Shown one piece after another: positions 1 to 9,747 of a DNA stretch of 64,000 nt; within the stretch, counting starts at the first letter, position 1, and each line of letters starts with the position of its first letter. This stretch comes from a virus: the IMG/VR virus record IMGVR_UViG_3300045988_082633, one strand, 5' to 3'. The notes beneath the pieces are model-generated. The model saw nothing but the letters and a program-made list of their open reading frames with translations. It was not told the DNA's origin and made no database searches. A program made the translations under genes and the position numbers.

Positions 1-3000
1 TATTATAAGAATAACAAATGTCTCTACTATTAAATGCGTTTCTGAGAGTAATATCATGAAGAGAAATAAAATGTTTAGTTTTATAATTAAAACTAATAGT
101 TATTTCTTTTGTGTATTCAATAAAGAAATTTATAAGAATACGAGTATTCTTATCATCATGAATCATTTTGCATCCATAAGGTTTATAATATTTAATAATT
201 TTAAATATATCTTCATCTATTTGTCCAAGTTGAGATTGACCTGAATAACCAAACAAATGATTACTTTGTCTATCATAGAATATATAAGTATCAAATGTAA
301 CACAACCAGAATATTTATTATCAATACCTGCATATCCATATTGTGAATCACATATTTGTGTAATACCATTAGTAAATGGGTCAGATTCTTTTAATTCAAT
401 ATCTGAATTATTTGAAACAAGCATTTGACTAGCATCAAATTTATAAAGAGAACCTTTAGTATGAACAAATATATTATTTCCTATAGAAAACAGTTTAACA
501 ATAATTCCTCTATCTGTAGGAATATTATAATAATCAGAAGATATAAATTTAAATACAGAATTATTAAATGTTTCATCAGATAGAACTGTACTTACTCTAA
601 TAGTATTATTAAAATCTACTCGTGTACTGCCATCATATTCTCTAAATAGTTTATTTCTATAATTTTTATACATACTTTTAAGTTCATATATAAAACTTAA
701 AGTAGCAGAATTTATAACTTTAGCAACTTGTTTTAATCCAGAACTAGCATTACCTACACTGAAAATTTGATCATTAACATCTTCTGTAAGACTTAAATAA
801 TTCAAATTAAAATTACTTCTAATAAAATAAGTAATGCTATTTTGAATTGGTATATAACCATTAAACTCACTAAGACTTAAAGTATTAGAACGTTTAGCAC
901 TATATACATCATTTCCTGAAACATAACAGCTAGAAGACAAATCAAAATCTGGTTTTTTAACAAGACAAAAATGAGAACCATAAAATCCTTTATTTACAGT
1001 AGTAACACTTGTTTGTTTAAGTGGATAATATGGACTGCATTTAATAAGATTATAATTCTTTTCTTTACTTATATCTCTATCTATTACAATATAAAGTCTA
1101 TCATCAGAATAATTACCATAGTCATTCCAACTAATATAACCACAATTACCAAAAGCAAGAGTAGGAAATGAAGAACCACTAGAATAATACTTTGCCTGTG
1201 TAGCTACAATAACTTCATTTCCATTACTATTTATTTTTATTATCTTTATATCAGTATTTATATTGTACAATAGACAATCTATTTCAATACAATTTACTAT
1301 ATTTGTATTATTATTTACTTTTCTATAATTAAAACATTCGATTATTTGTCTTCCTGTATTAACTATAGAAAAGAAAAATCCTTTATATTTACTAGCAGGA
1401 GGTTCAGCATTATAAGCAAATGTTAAATTAATAATATCTTTATTACTATTAACATCATCTGTTTTTACCGTAGTTAAAAACTTACCATTTGTGATTATAT
1501 GATTATCATCAACATAATGAACATAAACATTATATTTAGATAATGGCATAAGTGTAGCAGCTTGATTAGTCTTTTCAGTTGTATCATTTGTATCAATATA
1601 AGTATCTTTAACGTTAAAATTACATACAGACTTCCATTCTGTAGTTTTAGCATTTATATAAAACCTTTTATTAAAATGAAGATCATCATTTACAATCTCT
1701 TCTGTATCAAGTGTAAATTGTACAGACTTAAAGACAGCAGTTGCTGTACAAGTTCTTACTATATCTCCACTAAAATTAAATACTAAAGCTCCATTTTCAT
1801 CTATACCAACAACTTTATTTTTTATTGTATTAAAAACTTCATCTGTTATTTTATTTTTTATCGAATAATATATTGATGAATTATTTGCATTTTCATATCC
1901 ATAGTCTTTATCATTTGTACTACCTATATAATTAGATTTATTCATATAGCTATAAAAGCCAATAGGATAAGTTTTAGCACCAGAAGAAAATTCTATATAA
2001 CAATATACTAATCTATTTTTACTTTCTATTTCATCTTTTATATTTTTCTCTATAAAAGCTTTAGCTTCATTAGAAAAACCTTTATTTCTAGTTGGCCAAT
2101 AATCATTAGTAGTTTTATTTGCTACACCATAAATCTTTGTTAACTTATTAAAACGATATGTTCCATTTCTAAGTTGAGTATGTGTATTAAGATCTTTTTC
2201 ATCAGTAGAACCATAAATAAAAGTGAAACCTAAAGCATCCCATTGATGTGGTTTTTCTGTATCTCTATCATATAACCATAAATCACCTTCATGCCAATGT
2301 TCAACTATACCTATCTTACCACCATTATATAATCGTTCTTCTGTATATCCAAATATAGCACTGTCATAAGCATCATTAAAAATATTATAAATTGTACATA
2401 AATCAGGATCATCTTTATAATCCCATTTTATATCAAAACTAGCTATTTTATCTTTTTCTAATGTATTTCCTTTATATAGATTTGACATATCCCAATCAAA
2501 CATATATGATTCTAAAATAGAAGAAATAGCCTTGTCAGCACTTGATTTATCATAATATCCTAAACTATTATTAAATACAAGGGAAGTTTCATTAAGTTTC
2601 ATATTACGATATGAAACATTGTCACTTCCGTTATTATCTGAATGATTATACCCTATAATTATTGGTTTGCTTATTTCATCAACATTTTCATTTATATTAC
2701 TTTCAACATAATTACTAATATATAATTTATTTTTAAAACTAGTTATATTACGAACATTATATATTTCATAAGTAGTAGCAAGCAACTCATCTATATCAAC
2801 ATCTGTAACATGATCATAATCAAAATAAATTTTATTAGTATTAATATCAAATTCTTTCCAAGCACGAGCATTAGTCGAATCATCATGAGAAATAATAAAT
2901 CCTAATTGAAAACTTTTATATAAAGATTTAGCAGAATCATTAACAAATGAAACATCAAATATAAAAGATTTAGCAGAATCAATATGATAGTTTATATAAC

Positions 3001-3628
3001 TAAGGCCTCCTTGAAGTGTATTTATTTTAGTAGAAGTTCCACCAAAAATAGGACAACTACAAAGATACCAATTAGTATAAACATCAGTTCTAATTTTATA
3101 TCTAATAAAAAATACATATGTTCCATTAGGTATAGTTTTCGCATATGTATCATTAAGAGTAAGATTACACATAGGAACTCTAGGAGCTTGTGTATAAATA
3201 CTCTCATCATCTGTGTTTTTGCAAAAAGAAAGATTTATATGTTTTATTGGAATAAGTTTAGTTTTACTGCTTATATATTCAGCAATAGAAAGAATCTTTT
3301 CTCCACTAATATTAGTAGTTACAGTTCCATCTATTTCTCCACCGCTATATTTCCAACCACATTGTATTTTTGTAGCAGTTTCAGTTTTTTCATTATATTC
3401 ATATATTTCACTATTATTATCAGTATGAGTGAAAATATAAATTATACTATCTAAACCAACTATATGCCCAACAATCTGTTTTCCTGAAAAAGCAGATATA
3501 TTATTATAACCAAAATCAGATACAAGAGAACCATCAGAATCAAGTTTCATATTTTTAGCAAACATAAGACTTCCTTCTTCACAATTCTGAGGATTTTGAT
3601 TAAGATTTAATTTAGGTATTACTCTCAT
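1..3628 (-). CDS. large tail-module virion protein, truncated by the window edge (more than 1200 aa present)
   Basis: My own translation of the minus strand from ATG 3628..3626 (MRVIPKLNLNQNPQNCEEGSLMFAKNMKLDSDGS...) stays open down to position 2. It is missing from the ORF track only because its stop lies left of the window. It is co-directional with, and 6 nt downstream of, ORF 3635..4381. Function inferred from size and position only. Confidence 0.65.
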   Translation of the reverse strand, partial: MRVIPKLNLNQNPQNCEEGSLMFAKNMKLDSDGSLVSDFGYNNISAFSGKQIVGHIVGLDSIIYIFTHTDNNSEIYEYNEKTETATKIQCGWKYSGGEIDGTVTTNISGEKILSIAEYISSKTKLIPIKHINLSFCKNTDDESIYTQAPRVPMCNLTLNDTYAKTIPNGTYVFFIRYKIRTDVYTNWYLCSCPIFGGTSTKINTLQGGLSYINYHIDSAKSFIFDVSFVNDSAKSLYKSFQLGFIISHDDSTNARAWKEFDINTNKIYFDYDHVTDVDIDELLATTYEIYNVRNITSFKNKLYISNYVESNINENVDEISKPIIIGYNHSDNNGSDNVSYRNMKLNETSLVFNNSLGYYDKSSADKAISSILESYMFDWDMSNLYKGNTLEKDKIASFDIKWDYKDDPDLCTIYNIFNDAYDSAIFGYTEERLYNGGKIGIVEHWHEGDLWLYDRDTEKPHQWDALGFTFIYGSTDEKDLNTHTQLRNGTYRFNKLTKIYGVANKTTNDYWPTRNKGFSNEAKAFIEKNIKDEIESKNRLVYCYIEFSSGAKTYPIGFYSYMNKSNYIGSTNDKDYGYENANNSSIYYSIKNKITDEVFNTIKNKVVGIDENGALVFNFSGDIVRTCTATAVFKSVQFTLDTEEIVNDDLHFNKRFYINAKTTEWKSVCNFNVKDTYIDTNDTTEKTNQAATLMPLSKYNVYVHYVDDNHIITNGKFLTTVKTDDVNSNKDIINLTFAYNAEPPASKYKGFFFSIVNTGRQIIECFNYRKVNNNTNIVNCIEIDCLLYNINTDIKIIKINSNGNEVIVATQAKYYSSGSSFPTLAFGNCGYISWNDYGNYSDDRLYIVIDRDISKEKNYNLIKCSPYYPLKQTSVTTVNKGFYGSHFCLVKKPDFDLSSSCYVSGNDVYSAKRSNTLSLSEFNGYIPIQNSITYFIRSNFNLNYLSLTEDVNDQIFSVGNASSGLKQVAKVINSATLSFIYELKSMYKNYRNKLFREYDGSTRVDFNNTIRVSTVLSDETFNNSVFKFISSDYYNIPTDRGIIVKLFSIGNNIFVHTKGSLYKFDASQMLVSNNSDIELKESDPFTNGITQICDSQYGYAGIDNKYSGCVTFDTYIFYDRQSNHLFGYSGQSQLGQIDEDIFKIIKYYKPYGCKMIHDDKNTRILINFFIEYTKEITISFNYKTKHFISLHDITLRNAFNSRDICYSYN

Positions 3629-3634
3629 ATTATT

Positions 3635-4381
3635 TTAGTTTCTTGGAAGAAAAGTACTATTATAAAAGAAATTATTCCAACCATCAGAACTATGACTGAT
3701 TGCTATTTTAACAGAAGCCATAGCTTTAGGTCTAAGAGTATTCCATTGTATATATGGATTAAGAACTTGATTAGGACTTGAAAGACTATAAACTTGGTGC
3801 TTACTACCTCTACTAAGATATTTAAATAAACAATACCAAGCAAGTGCTTCAAGAAGAAGACCGTTGTCATATATGTAAGGTACTTGACATTGATAATATT
3901 CATCAAAATAAGTAGCAGTTTCATAACTTTCTACTTCAATTTCATCAGTGTCAAAGTTAAGTTCTATATTGTTTCCATCAAGAATAAAATTATGATTTCT
4001 ATTTGATGTTACAACAGTTCCAACAGTCATAAAGTTAATTCCTGTTTTATTGGCATCGTCAATAACAGCAATTTCTTGTGGTATAGTTTTTGAAGTTTTA
4101 CTACAACCACAAGAATTATCACTATTTAGTTCTGTTATTTCACAACCATGTTTATCATAAACTTTAAGTTCTTTAGCATTGATTATACATGGAAATTGAG
4201 CAACTCTATTACTAACTTCAAGTTTTCTACGTTTTCTTTCCATTGGTAGAACTTGCATTTGTGATAGAGCATCTATAGTCCAAGCTGCAACTCTTGGAAT
4301 CCAATCAGATTCACTGATATTAAAATCATTATCTATTTTACCTATTAGTCTTGACAAAGGTAATTGGTTTTTGAGCTTCAT
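3635..4381 (-). CDS. hypothetical tail-module protein
   Basis: 248-aa ORF tightly packed in the minus-strand structural block (44-nt overlap with the upstream ORF). No motif recognised. Confidence 0.6.
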   Translation of the reverse strand: MKLKNQLPLSRLIGKIDNDFNISESDWIPRVAAWTIDALSQMQVLPMERKRRKLEVSNRVAQFPCIINAKELKVYDKHGCEITELNSDNSCGCSKTSKTIPQEIAVIDDANKTGINFMTVGTVVTSNRNHNFILDGNNIELNFDTDEIEVESYETATYFDEYYQCQVPYIYDNGLLLEALAWYCLFKYLSRGSKHQVYSLSSPNQVLNPYIQWNTLRPKAMASVKIAISHSSDGWNNFFYNSTFLPRN

Positions 4382-5282
4382 TTCTTATAAATTTAGTATA
4401 TAAAATTTTATCAACTTTATCACACAAAGTAACTTTAGTTTTAAGATCAATAGCTAACTCACAAATTTTCCTTGTATTGTTATCACAAAGTTCAATTAGT
4501 TCATCATTAGTTTTTCCTCGTAAAGATCTATGTCGATAATCTCCAATTTCAAGTTTAAAAGTACTACCACCAGAAATCTTACAATCTATAAGAGGAATTT
4601 GATAACAATATTCATTAAAAATAAATACCCTTTTATCTTTAGCTTTATATTCTATTCCATTACGAACACACCAATCAGCTTCTTCTTTATTGTAAATTCT
4701 TTCACCTTTTTCTTTAAGTTCTTTTTCTTTCTTTTTAGTAGCAGCATAATCAAGCATAGGTTGCTTTTTATCAAAGACACAACGATTAACACATATCCAA
4801 CCTATACCATTACTAAAAGAATATCCTTGCCCTTCAAGAATTAATTTTTTATGAACTTCAGTATAATATACTCTAAGATATTCTGTATATTGTTTAAGTG
4901 TAAGTTTTAAACATTTATTATAAAATTCTATATCTTTAATACATTGATATAATTCTTTCTGTTTAGAAGCTAAATCATAAAGATTATATAAATCAGTAAC
5001 AAGTTCATAATTATTTTGTTTATTTATAAATAAACCTTTAGCTACTTTATAAAATGTACCTGTTATATATTCATTATTCTTAAATTCAATATAATCGAAA
5101 AGTTTTATTCCAAACTCTGTTTCATATGTTTTAGCCCAAGAAGAAACATTAGTATGTTTTATATCAACGTCTTCTTTTAATAGTTCTTTTAATTTAAGAG
5201 CATCTTCTAGTTTTTGTTTATTACTTTCCATAAACAATTTATAATATGTTCTGAAATTAACAGGTGTTTCTTTAATTGCCAT
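4338..5282 (-). CDS. hypothetical tail-module protein (K/E-rich)
   Basis: 314-aa ORF. Its start is 2 nt after the stop of 5284..5970, on the same strand as its neighbours. No motif recognised. Confidence 0.6.
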   Translation of the reverse strand: MAIKETPVNFRTYYKLFMESNKQKLEDALKLKELLKEDVDIKHTNVSSWAKTYETEFGIKLFDYIEFKNNEYITGTFYKVAKGLFINKQNNYELVTDLYNLYDLASKQKELYQCIKDIEFYNKCLKLTLKQYTEYLRVYYTEVHKKLILEGQGYSFSNGIGWICVNRCVFDKKQPMLDYAATKKKEKELKEKGERIYNKEEADWCVRNGIEYKAKDKRVFIFNEYCYQIPLIDCKISGGSTFKLEIGDYRHRSLRGKTNDELIELCDNNTRKICELAIDLKTKVTLCDKVDKILYTKFIRNEAQKPITFVKTNR

Positions 5283-5283
5283 A

Positions 5284-5970
5284 TTAGTTAAACTTTATAG
5301 TATCTGGTATTTCATTAGTTTCACGAATAGTACTTAGTAAATCTCGTTTATAAATAATATCTTTAATTTGTCCAATCATATCTTCAGACAAAAGAAATTC
5401 ATTTTCTTCCATGAGAACATCCATACTATCTACTTCTTTATTTGCTATTTGAATTTCAGTAGGATGTTCAAATGCAGATTCTATTATTATTTTTTCAAGT
5501 TCAAAGGCTTTATTATCAGCAGGAAATATATAAATATAACCATTTATATAATCATAACATGGTATACCACATAAACCAGGAACTGAACTTCTAAAACGAG
5601 CAGAAGTTTCTTTAATAAAAGGAAATTCTCTAGAACTTCTATAACCAACAGAACTAACTCTATCAAATGGAAGATTATTAGTAAGTCTTACAGGTGTAGG
5701 AACTTTTTGACAACTACGTTTAATTAAAGTAACATCAATATCTTCCATTCCTTCTGGAAGTTCAATTTCACCATCATAAACATCTGTAAGATTAACTTTA
5801 AATCTTTGAACTAGTCCTTTATCAACATATCCATGATTTTCAAAACTTCTGCGAATAACTTCATTTCTAGTATGAATTATAAGAAGTTTAATGTTTTCTC
5901 TAAGAGATTTATTGTTAGGCTGTTTAAGAGAATGAGCAAACTCAGAAACAAGCATTGCTATACTAGCCAT
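5284..5970 (-). CDS. hypothetical tail-module protein
   Basis: 228-aa ORF, the first gene after the 270-nt non-coding stretch 5971-6241. No motif recognised. Confidence 0.6.
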   Translation of the reverse strand: MASIAMLVSEFAHSLKQPNNKSLRENIKLLIIHTRNEVIRRSFENHGYVDKGLVQRFKVNLTDVYDGEIELPEGMEDIDVTLIKRSCQKVPTPVRLTNNLPFDRVSSVGYRSSREFPFIKETSARFRSSVPGLCGIPCYDYINGYIYIFPADNKAFELEKIIIESAFEHPTEIQIANKEVDSMDVLMEENEFLLSEDMIGQIKDIIYKRDLLSTIRETNEIPDTIKFN

Positions 5971-6080
5971 ATCTTAATCAATTTTATTATTAAAAATACT
6001 CCCTCGCAGATGTTGTGCAGTAGTACACTAACTAATTATTATACTAACACTATTATAATAACAATTAAATTTCACAACTT

Positions 6081-6091
6081 TTCTACGGGGG
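6081..6091 (-). repeat. GC-rich interspersed motif, copy 1 (CCCCCGTAGAA reads on the minus strand)
   Basis: Plus strand reads TTCTACGGGGGAGCGCA. Intergenic, 110 nt upstream of the start of 5284..5970 and on its coding strand. Overlaps an imperfect hairpin (6090-6100 / 6111-6121). Confidence 0.85.
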
Positions 6092-6241
6092 AGCGCATTA
6101 TCTAACTTTGTAATATGCTCCATAAAGCACAGAACCTAAGCTATTTTCGATTTAATATGCTTGACTGATGTCTCCATCATAAATCATATTTGAGTGTCTT
6201 AAATCGCTTGAAAATAATTATAATAATTTATCATTATTATC

Positions 6242-6559
6242 TTATTTAATTTTAGAATAATAACCAATATTAAATTTTTCACATATAGGTTTGAATATCC
6301 AAGACCAAGATACAGGAGCAAGAATAAAACTATTAAAAATTGTTTTACTATCACTTCCTGTAGCATAATAAATAACAGCAGTTATAATACTAATTACAAG
6401 AAATATAAGACGTTTATTACGAGTACTAATTTGACTTTTCTTTTTATAATCTGTATAAAGTTTAATAGCAAGATATGTTGCTATATTAACAATAATACAA
6501 AAAGGAAAATCAAAACTTTCTAATGTTTTGTTTACAACTTCTAAAATTATTGTCTCCAT
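6242..6559 (-). CDS. small membrane protein with holin-like topology
   Basis: 105 aa with three hydrophobic segments (FPFCIIVNIATYLAIKLY, LIFLVISIITAVIYYA, FILAPVSWSWIF) and a basic loop (KKKSQISTRNKR). The function is a guess from topology. Confidence 0.45.
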   Translation of the reverse strand: METIILEVVNKTLESFDFPFCIIVNIATYLAIKLYTDYKKKSQISTRNKRLIFLVISIITAVIYYATGSDSKTIFNSFILAPVSWSWIFKPICEKFNIGYYSKIK

Positions 6560-6691
6560 TATTATCTTTATTATTTGTTATATATGTTTTACTATCATCA
6601 GCAAATATATTAAAAATCCTCGAATTAACCAAATTTTTATGTATTTTTAACTTTTAGATTATATATAGAATCTTCATTATTATATAAAATA

Positions 6692-6725
6692 ATAGTAGTA
6701 GCAATTTCACAATTACTACTACTAT
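6692..6725 (-). terminator. hairpin terminator downstream of 6764..7186
   Basis: ATAGTAGTAGCAATT / AATTACTACTACTAT stem (one mismatch) with loop TCAC. On the minus strand it is followed by TTATTTTATATAAT. Confidence 0.55.
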
Positions 6726-6763
6726 ACTTAAAATTAACATCACAATTATAAACAATTAAACTT

Positions 6764-7186
6764 TTATATCATCATTTCCCAATCTATTACAATACCACTT
6801 CTACACATATCTGCATACCAACGATTAAATACAAGACCGTCATATCCATCTACGTCATCAATGACATCTTTAACATATAAACATAAATGTTGCTCGTCAG
6901 GTACACTACTACCAAGAAAATCAGCTTTACACATATTAGCTACATATACATAATCATAAAGTTGATTATTTTCAATTTCAACACGATATGCTTTAAGTAA
7001 AGAATCTATTTCTTCTTTTTCTAGTTTAACTAGATGAACTACACCCCCCGTAGAAGGGTTGTGAGCTTCCATTTTACTAATAGCAAAATCACATAGTTTT
7101 CTATTAAAATGCCTACCATTATAACGAAGATAATGTTTCATATCTTCAGGCATATCGTCATAAATATCTAAACTATCTCTTTTCAT
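6764..7186 (-). CDS. hypothetical protein (140 aa) in a terminator-bounded unit
   Basis: Intact ORF between hairpin terminators at 7205-7228 and 6692-6725. Contains motif copy 2 (encoding ...NPSTGGVV...). No family recognised. Confidence 0.55.
   Translation of the reverse strand: MKRDSLDIYDDMPEDMKHYLRYNGRHFNRKLCDFAISKMEAHNPSTGGVVHLVKLEKEEIDSLLKAYRVEIENNQLYDYVYVANMCKADFLGSSVPDEQHLCLYVKDVIDDVDGYDGLVFNRWYADMCRSGIVIDWEMMI
7045..7055 (+). repeat. GC-rich interspersed motif, copy 2
   Basis: Plus strand reads ACACCCCCCGTAGAAGGGTT. Lies inside 6764..7186, antisense to the gene, which reads TCT ACG GGG GGT = S-T-G-G. Confidence 0.85.
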
Positions 7187-7204
7187 ATTATTAGAAATTA
7201 AAAA

Positions 7205-7228
7205 GGAGAGAAGAATATTCCTCTCTCC
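7205..7228 (-). terminator. rho-independent-type terminator after 7246..7494
   Basis: GGAGAGAAG / CCTCTCTCC stem with loop AATATT. On the minus strand it is followed by TTTTTAATTTCT. Confidence 0.65.
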
Positions 7229-7245
7229 AATTATACTTAGTTTAA

Positions 7246-7494
7246 TTAGTATCGAGGACGCATACCTCTACGATTGTCTTGATTATAATCATCGTCATCA
7301 TAATTATCATAATCTTCATCGTATCTGCGACCTTCAAGTCTGCCATCTCTACGAGTTCTTGTTCGACTTTCAGATTCATGACTTTCAGAATATGCTTCTT
7401 CAAGACATTCCATTACTTCACAAGCAAGTTCTTTAAGCTTACGAACCTTATGCTTAAGAGCATTAGATTTATCTTTTTCTATTACAATATACAT
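7246..7494 (-). CDS. small highly charged protein (R/D/Y/E-rich C-terminus)
   Basis: 82-aa ORF, start 5 nt after the stop of 7499..7993 and followed by a terminator. C-terminal half reads SESRTRTRRDGRLEGRRYDEDYDNYDDDDYNQDNRRGMRPRY. Confidence 0.5.
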   Translation of the reverse strand: MYIVIEKDKSNALKHKVRKLKELACEVMECLEEAYSESHESESRTRTRRDGRLEGRRYDEDYDNYDDDDYNQDNRRGMRPRY

Positions 7495-7498
7495 AACT

Positions 7499-7993
7499 TT
7501 ACAATTTTAATGTTGGATTACTATTGGATGATAATACATTTAGAATTTTATCAAGTTTTCCTTCCATACTTGAAACTTTTGTATCTAAACTATTAATCCT
7601 ATCATCACGTTCTTTATCTTTAGCAAATTGAGGATTAAGTTCTTTAAGAACCTCTTCACATCGAGCTACTTGATTTTTATAATCTTCAATATGTTCTATA
7701 ACATAGTTAGCATGTTGGAGAGTAGCTTCTATTTCAGATTGAATTGTTTGTTTACTTTCAGCAATAATAAGATTACCGTTATTATAACTAACAGAATTAT
7801 TGTTAGCAGGAATATTGTTATAATCTACATTATTTCCATCTACTTTAACCTTTAGATTTACAACCATTGTATTAATACCGTCAGTTGCAAATACAGGTGT
7901 TGTAGTTCCAACAACTTCTCCAATCTTAAAGTCTATTCCATTAGCTTTGTTTAAAATATAAACTCGGCTACCTTGATTAAGAGCTGAAAACAT
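7499..7993 (-). CDS. hypothetical virion protein with C-terminal coiled coil
   Basis: 164 aa. TAATG stop/start overlap with 7993..8310. The C-terminus shows a heptad-like, E/K/L-rich pattern. Confidence 0.6.
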   Translation of the reverse strand: MFSALNQGSRVYILNKANGIDFKIGEVVGTTTPVFATDGINTMVVNLKVKVDGNNVDYNNIPANNNSVSYNNGNLIIAESKQTIQSEIEATLQHANYVIEHIEDYKNQVARCEEVLKELNPQFAKDKERDDRINSLDTKVSSMEGKLDKILNVLSSNSNPTLKL

Positions 7994-8310
7994 TATACTA
8001 TAAGTTGAAGTTTATTATTTTGTTTATCAAATACTATAATGTGAAGACCTGCTGTAAGAGCAGTAAGAGCTTCTCCATTACTTGCCAAGAGAGGAAGAGT
8101 GCTATTATTAACCATAATTTCAAAACCAGTTGCAGTAGCTGTAGCTGCATTAAAATTAATTACCATGATACCAGCAATTCCCATAGCTCTGAAAGTATGA
8201 TTAGGCATACTAAACACAGCATTAGCAGTAGCACTGCCAGCAGTCGTTTGAGTAGCAGCTACTAAAGGTATACCGCCACGATTACCAATGAACTCATTAT
8301 TTAAAGCCAT
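7993..8310 (-). CDS. small Ala/Thr/Gly-rich virion protein
   Basis: 105 aa, visibly GC-richer codon usage than its surroundings (a pattern seen here in the presumed abundant proteins), translationally coupled to the next ORF. Confidence 0.55.
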   Translation of the reverse strand: MALNNEFIGNRGGIPLVAATQTTAGSATANAVFSMPNHTFRAMGIAGIMVINFNAATATATGFEIMVNNSTLPLLASNGEALTALTAGLHIIVFDKQNNKLQLIV

Positions 8311-8328
8311 AATATTACCTCCTATAAT

Positions 8329-9264
8329 TTAAAACCAAAAACCATTAAGACCGTTACCACCATTATACATACCATATTGATAAGCAACACAATTTGGTAT
8401 TGCCTGGAATGGTTGATAAGGAACTGTTACAGTCTGAGGCTGAGCACACTTAATTTCGTTAACAGCTTGAGCAATAGGATTTACAGCAGCAGCTATTTGC
8501 TGAGCAATTACTCCACTTTGATGTTCAGTAGTCAGCTGAGTTTGCAAAGCATTAATCTTATCTTGCATTGCTGACTTCTCAGAAGCATCAAGTCTAGCAA
8601 TAATTCTATCACCAATACCATCTACAGACTTTTCAAGATTGCAAGTCTGGTCACGAAGAGCATAACCAACATCAGCAAAACCACGAGTTACAGCACTATT
8701 TACACCACTAACTGAGTCTTTAATAGCATTAGTTTGCTGAATAGTAGCAATCTGATTTTGATAATTACCCTCTGTAATAGCACTCTTCAAGTTGCAGCAG
8801 CAAGTAGCCAACTGATTAGCAAGAGTCATAGTATTCTGAGTACCAGCATTAAGCAAAGCACCAGTAGAAGAATCAATCTTACAACCTACTTGTGTAATAC
8901 CGTTGTTTACTTGACAAATAGCTGCTTGAATCATATCAACTTTAGTTCCAAACATACTAGCTAATCTTTGAGTTGCAGCACCGTTACCGTTAATAGCTTG
9001 CATAAGCAAATCACGTCCATCATTATTACTAACCATATTAGCAAGAGGACCAAGACAACCGCCGCCACCATTCTGAGCTGCGTTACCAAATAGTCCACCA
9101 TTACGCATAAGAGGATAAAGGAAGAACAAGAAGATTATCCAAATCCAATTACCGCCACCACCAAAACCTCCATTACACATAAGTAGAGGAAGCAGACTGT
9201 TAACATCACTAGAAGTCTGACGAGTTCCAGCATCAGGGAACATAAAAATTTTAGAATCGTCCAT
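8329..9264 (-). CDS. Gly-rich, Cys-containing protein with one hydrophobic segment (membrane-active virion or ejection protein?)
   Basis: 311 aa. N-terminus has GGFGGGGNWIWIIFLFFLYPLMRNGGLFGNAAQNGGGGC. The middle is a Q/N/A/T-rich repetitive region with a CCC triplet. C-terminus ends NGGNGLNGFWF. GC-richer codon usage. Confidence 0.55.
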   Translation of the reverse strand: MDDSKIFMFPDAGTRQTSSDVNSLLPLLMCNGGFGGGGNWIWIIFLFFLYPLMRNGGLFGNAAQNGGGGCLGPLANMVSNNDGRDLLMQAINGNGAATQRLASMFGTKVDMIQAAICQVNNGITQVGCKIDSSTGALLNAGTQNTMTLANQLATCCCNLKSAITEGNYQNQIATIQQTNAIKDSVSGVNSAVTRGFADVGYALRDQTCNLEKSVDGIGDRIIARLDASEKSAMQDKINALQTQLTTEHQSGVIAQQIAAAVNPIAQAVNEIKCAQPQTVTVPYQPFQAIPNCVAYQYGMYNGGNGLNGFWF

Positions 9265-9327
9265 AACTATTGAATAATTAAATAAATAAAAAGATTAAAT
9301 TTGTACATTACCGGTATTTGTACAATG

Positions 9328-9335
9328 CAAAGTTA
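9328..9335 (-). promoter_or_regulatory. candidate Bacteroides-type -7 promoter box (TAACTTTG on the minus strand)
   Basis: Matches the TAnnTTTG consensus I recall for Bacteroides sigma-A promoters. Sits between terminator 9374-9416 and the start of 8329..9264. Two ATTTGTACA direct repeats lie nearby (9299-9307, 9316-9324). A single short match, so weak. Confidence 0.25.
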
Positions 9336-9373
9336 CAATATTAATGTTCAGTTCACACAATTTTGCTCAAAAT

Positions 9374-9416
9374 AAAGCAGTCTGTCTAATTACCAATGAA
9401 TTAGACAGACTGCTTT
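9374..9416 (-). terminator. strong hairpin terminator after 9448..9747
   Basis: Perfect 18-bp stem AAAGCAGTCTGTCTAATT / AATTAGACAGACTGCTTT with loop ACCAATG. On the minus strand it is followed by ATTTTGAGC. Confidence 0.75.
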
Positions 9417-9447
9417 ATAATCATCCAATACAGGCCATCACAGAGCC

Positions 9448-9747
9448 TTATAAGCCATATTTTTCTTTATATTCAGCTATATGATTTTCTACTTCATCTT
9501 GCCACCAATATTTATTACCACCAAGAGTTTTACGAGGACGTGGTATTCTACCGTCAGTAACCATTCTTGTAAGAGTAGAACGAGAAACATTAAGATACCT
9601 TGCAAGTTGTTCTGCATTTAACTTTCTATGAATAAGCATATTTGCTATTTCAGTCAATTCTCTATCATCAACTTCACAAGTATCATCTTCTATTCTTTGA
9701 GCCATTTGTCTAAAAATAGAGGCAATAACTTTCTTAGTTTTAATCAT
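9448..9747 (-). CDS. helix-turn-helix DNA-binding protein (MerR/excisionase-like, HTH_17 type)
   Basis: 99 aa. LNAEQLARYLNVSRSTLTRMVTDGRIPRPRKTLGGNKYWWQDEV matches the pattern I recall for AlpA/Xis-type HTH domains. No integrase nearby. Confidence 0.6.
   Translation of the reverse strand: MIKTKKVIASIFRQMAQRIEDDTCEVDDRELTEIANMLIHRKLNAEQLARYLNVSRSTLTRMVTDGRIPRPRKTLGGNKYWWQDEVENHIAEYKEKYGL

Noticed and set aside
9448-9747. The Xis/AlpA-like HTH protein as evidence of a temperate lifestyle or an integration module.
   Set aside because: No integrase, recombinase, repressor pair or att-like repeat is visible in this window. The HTH_17 fold is also common in plain transcription regulators.
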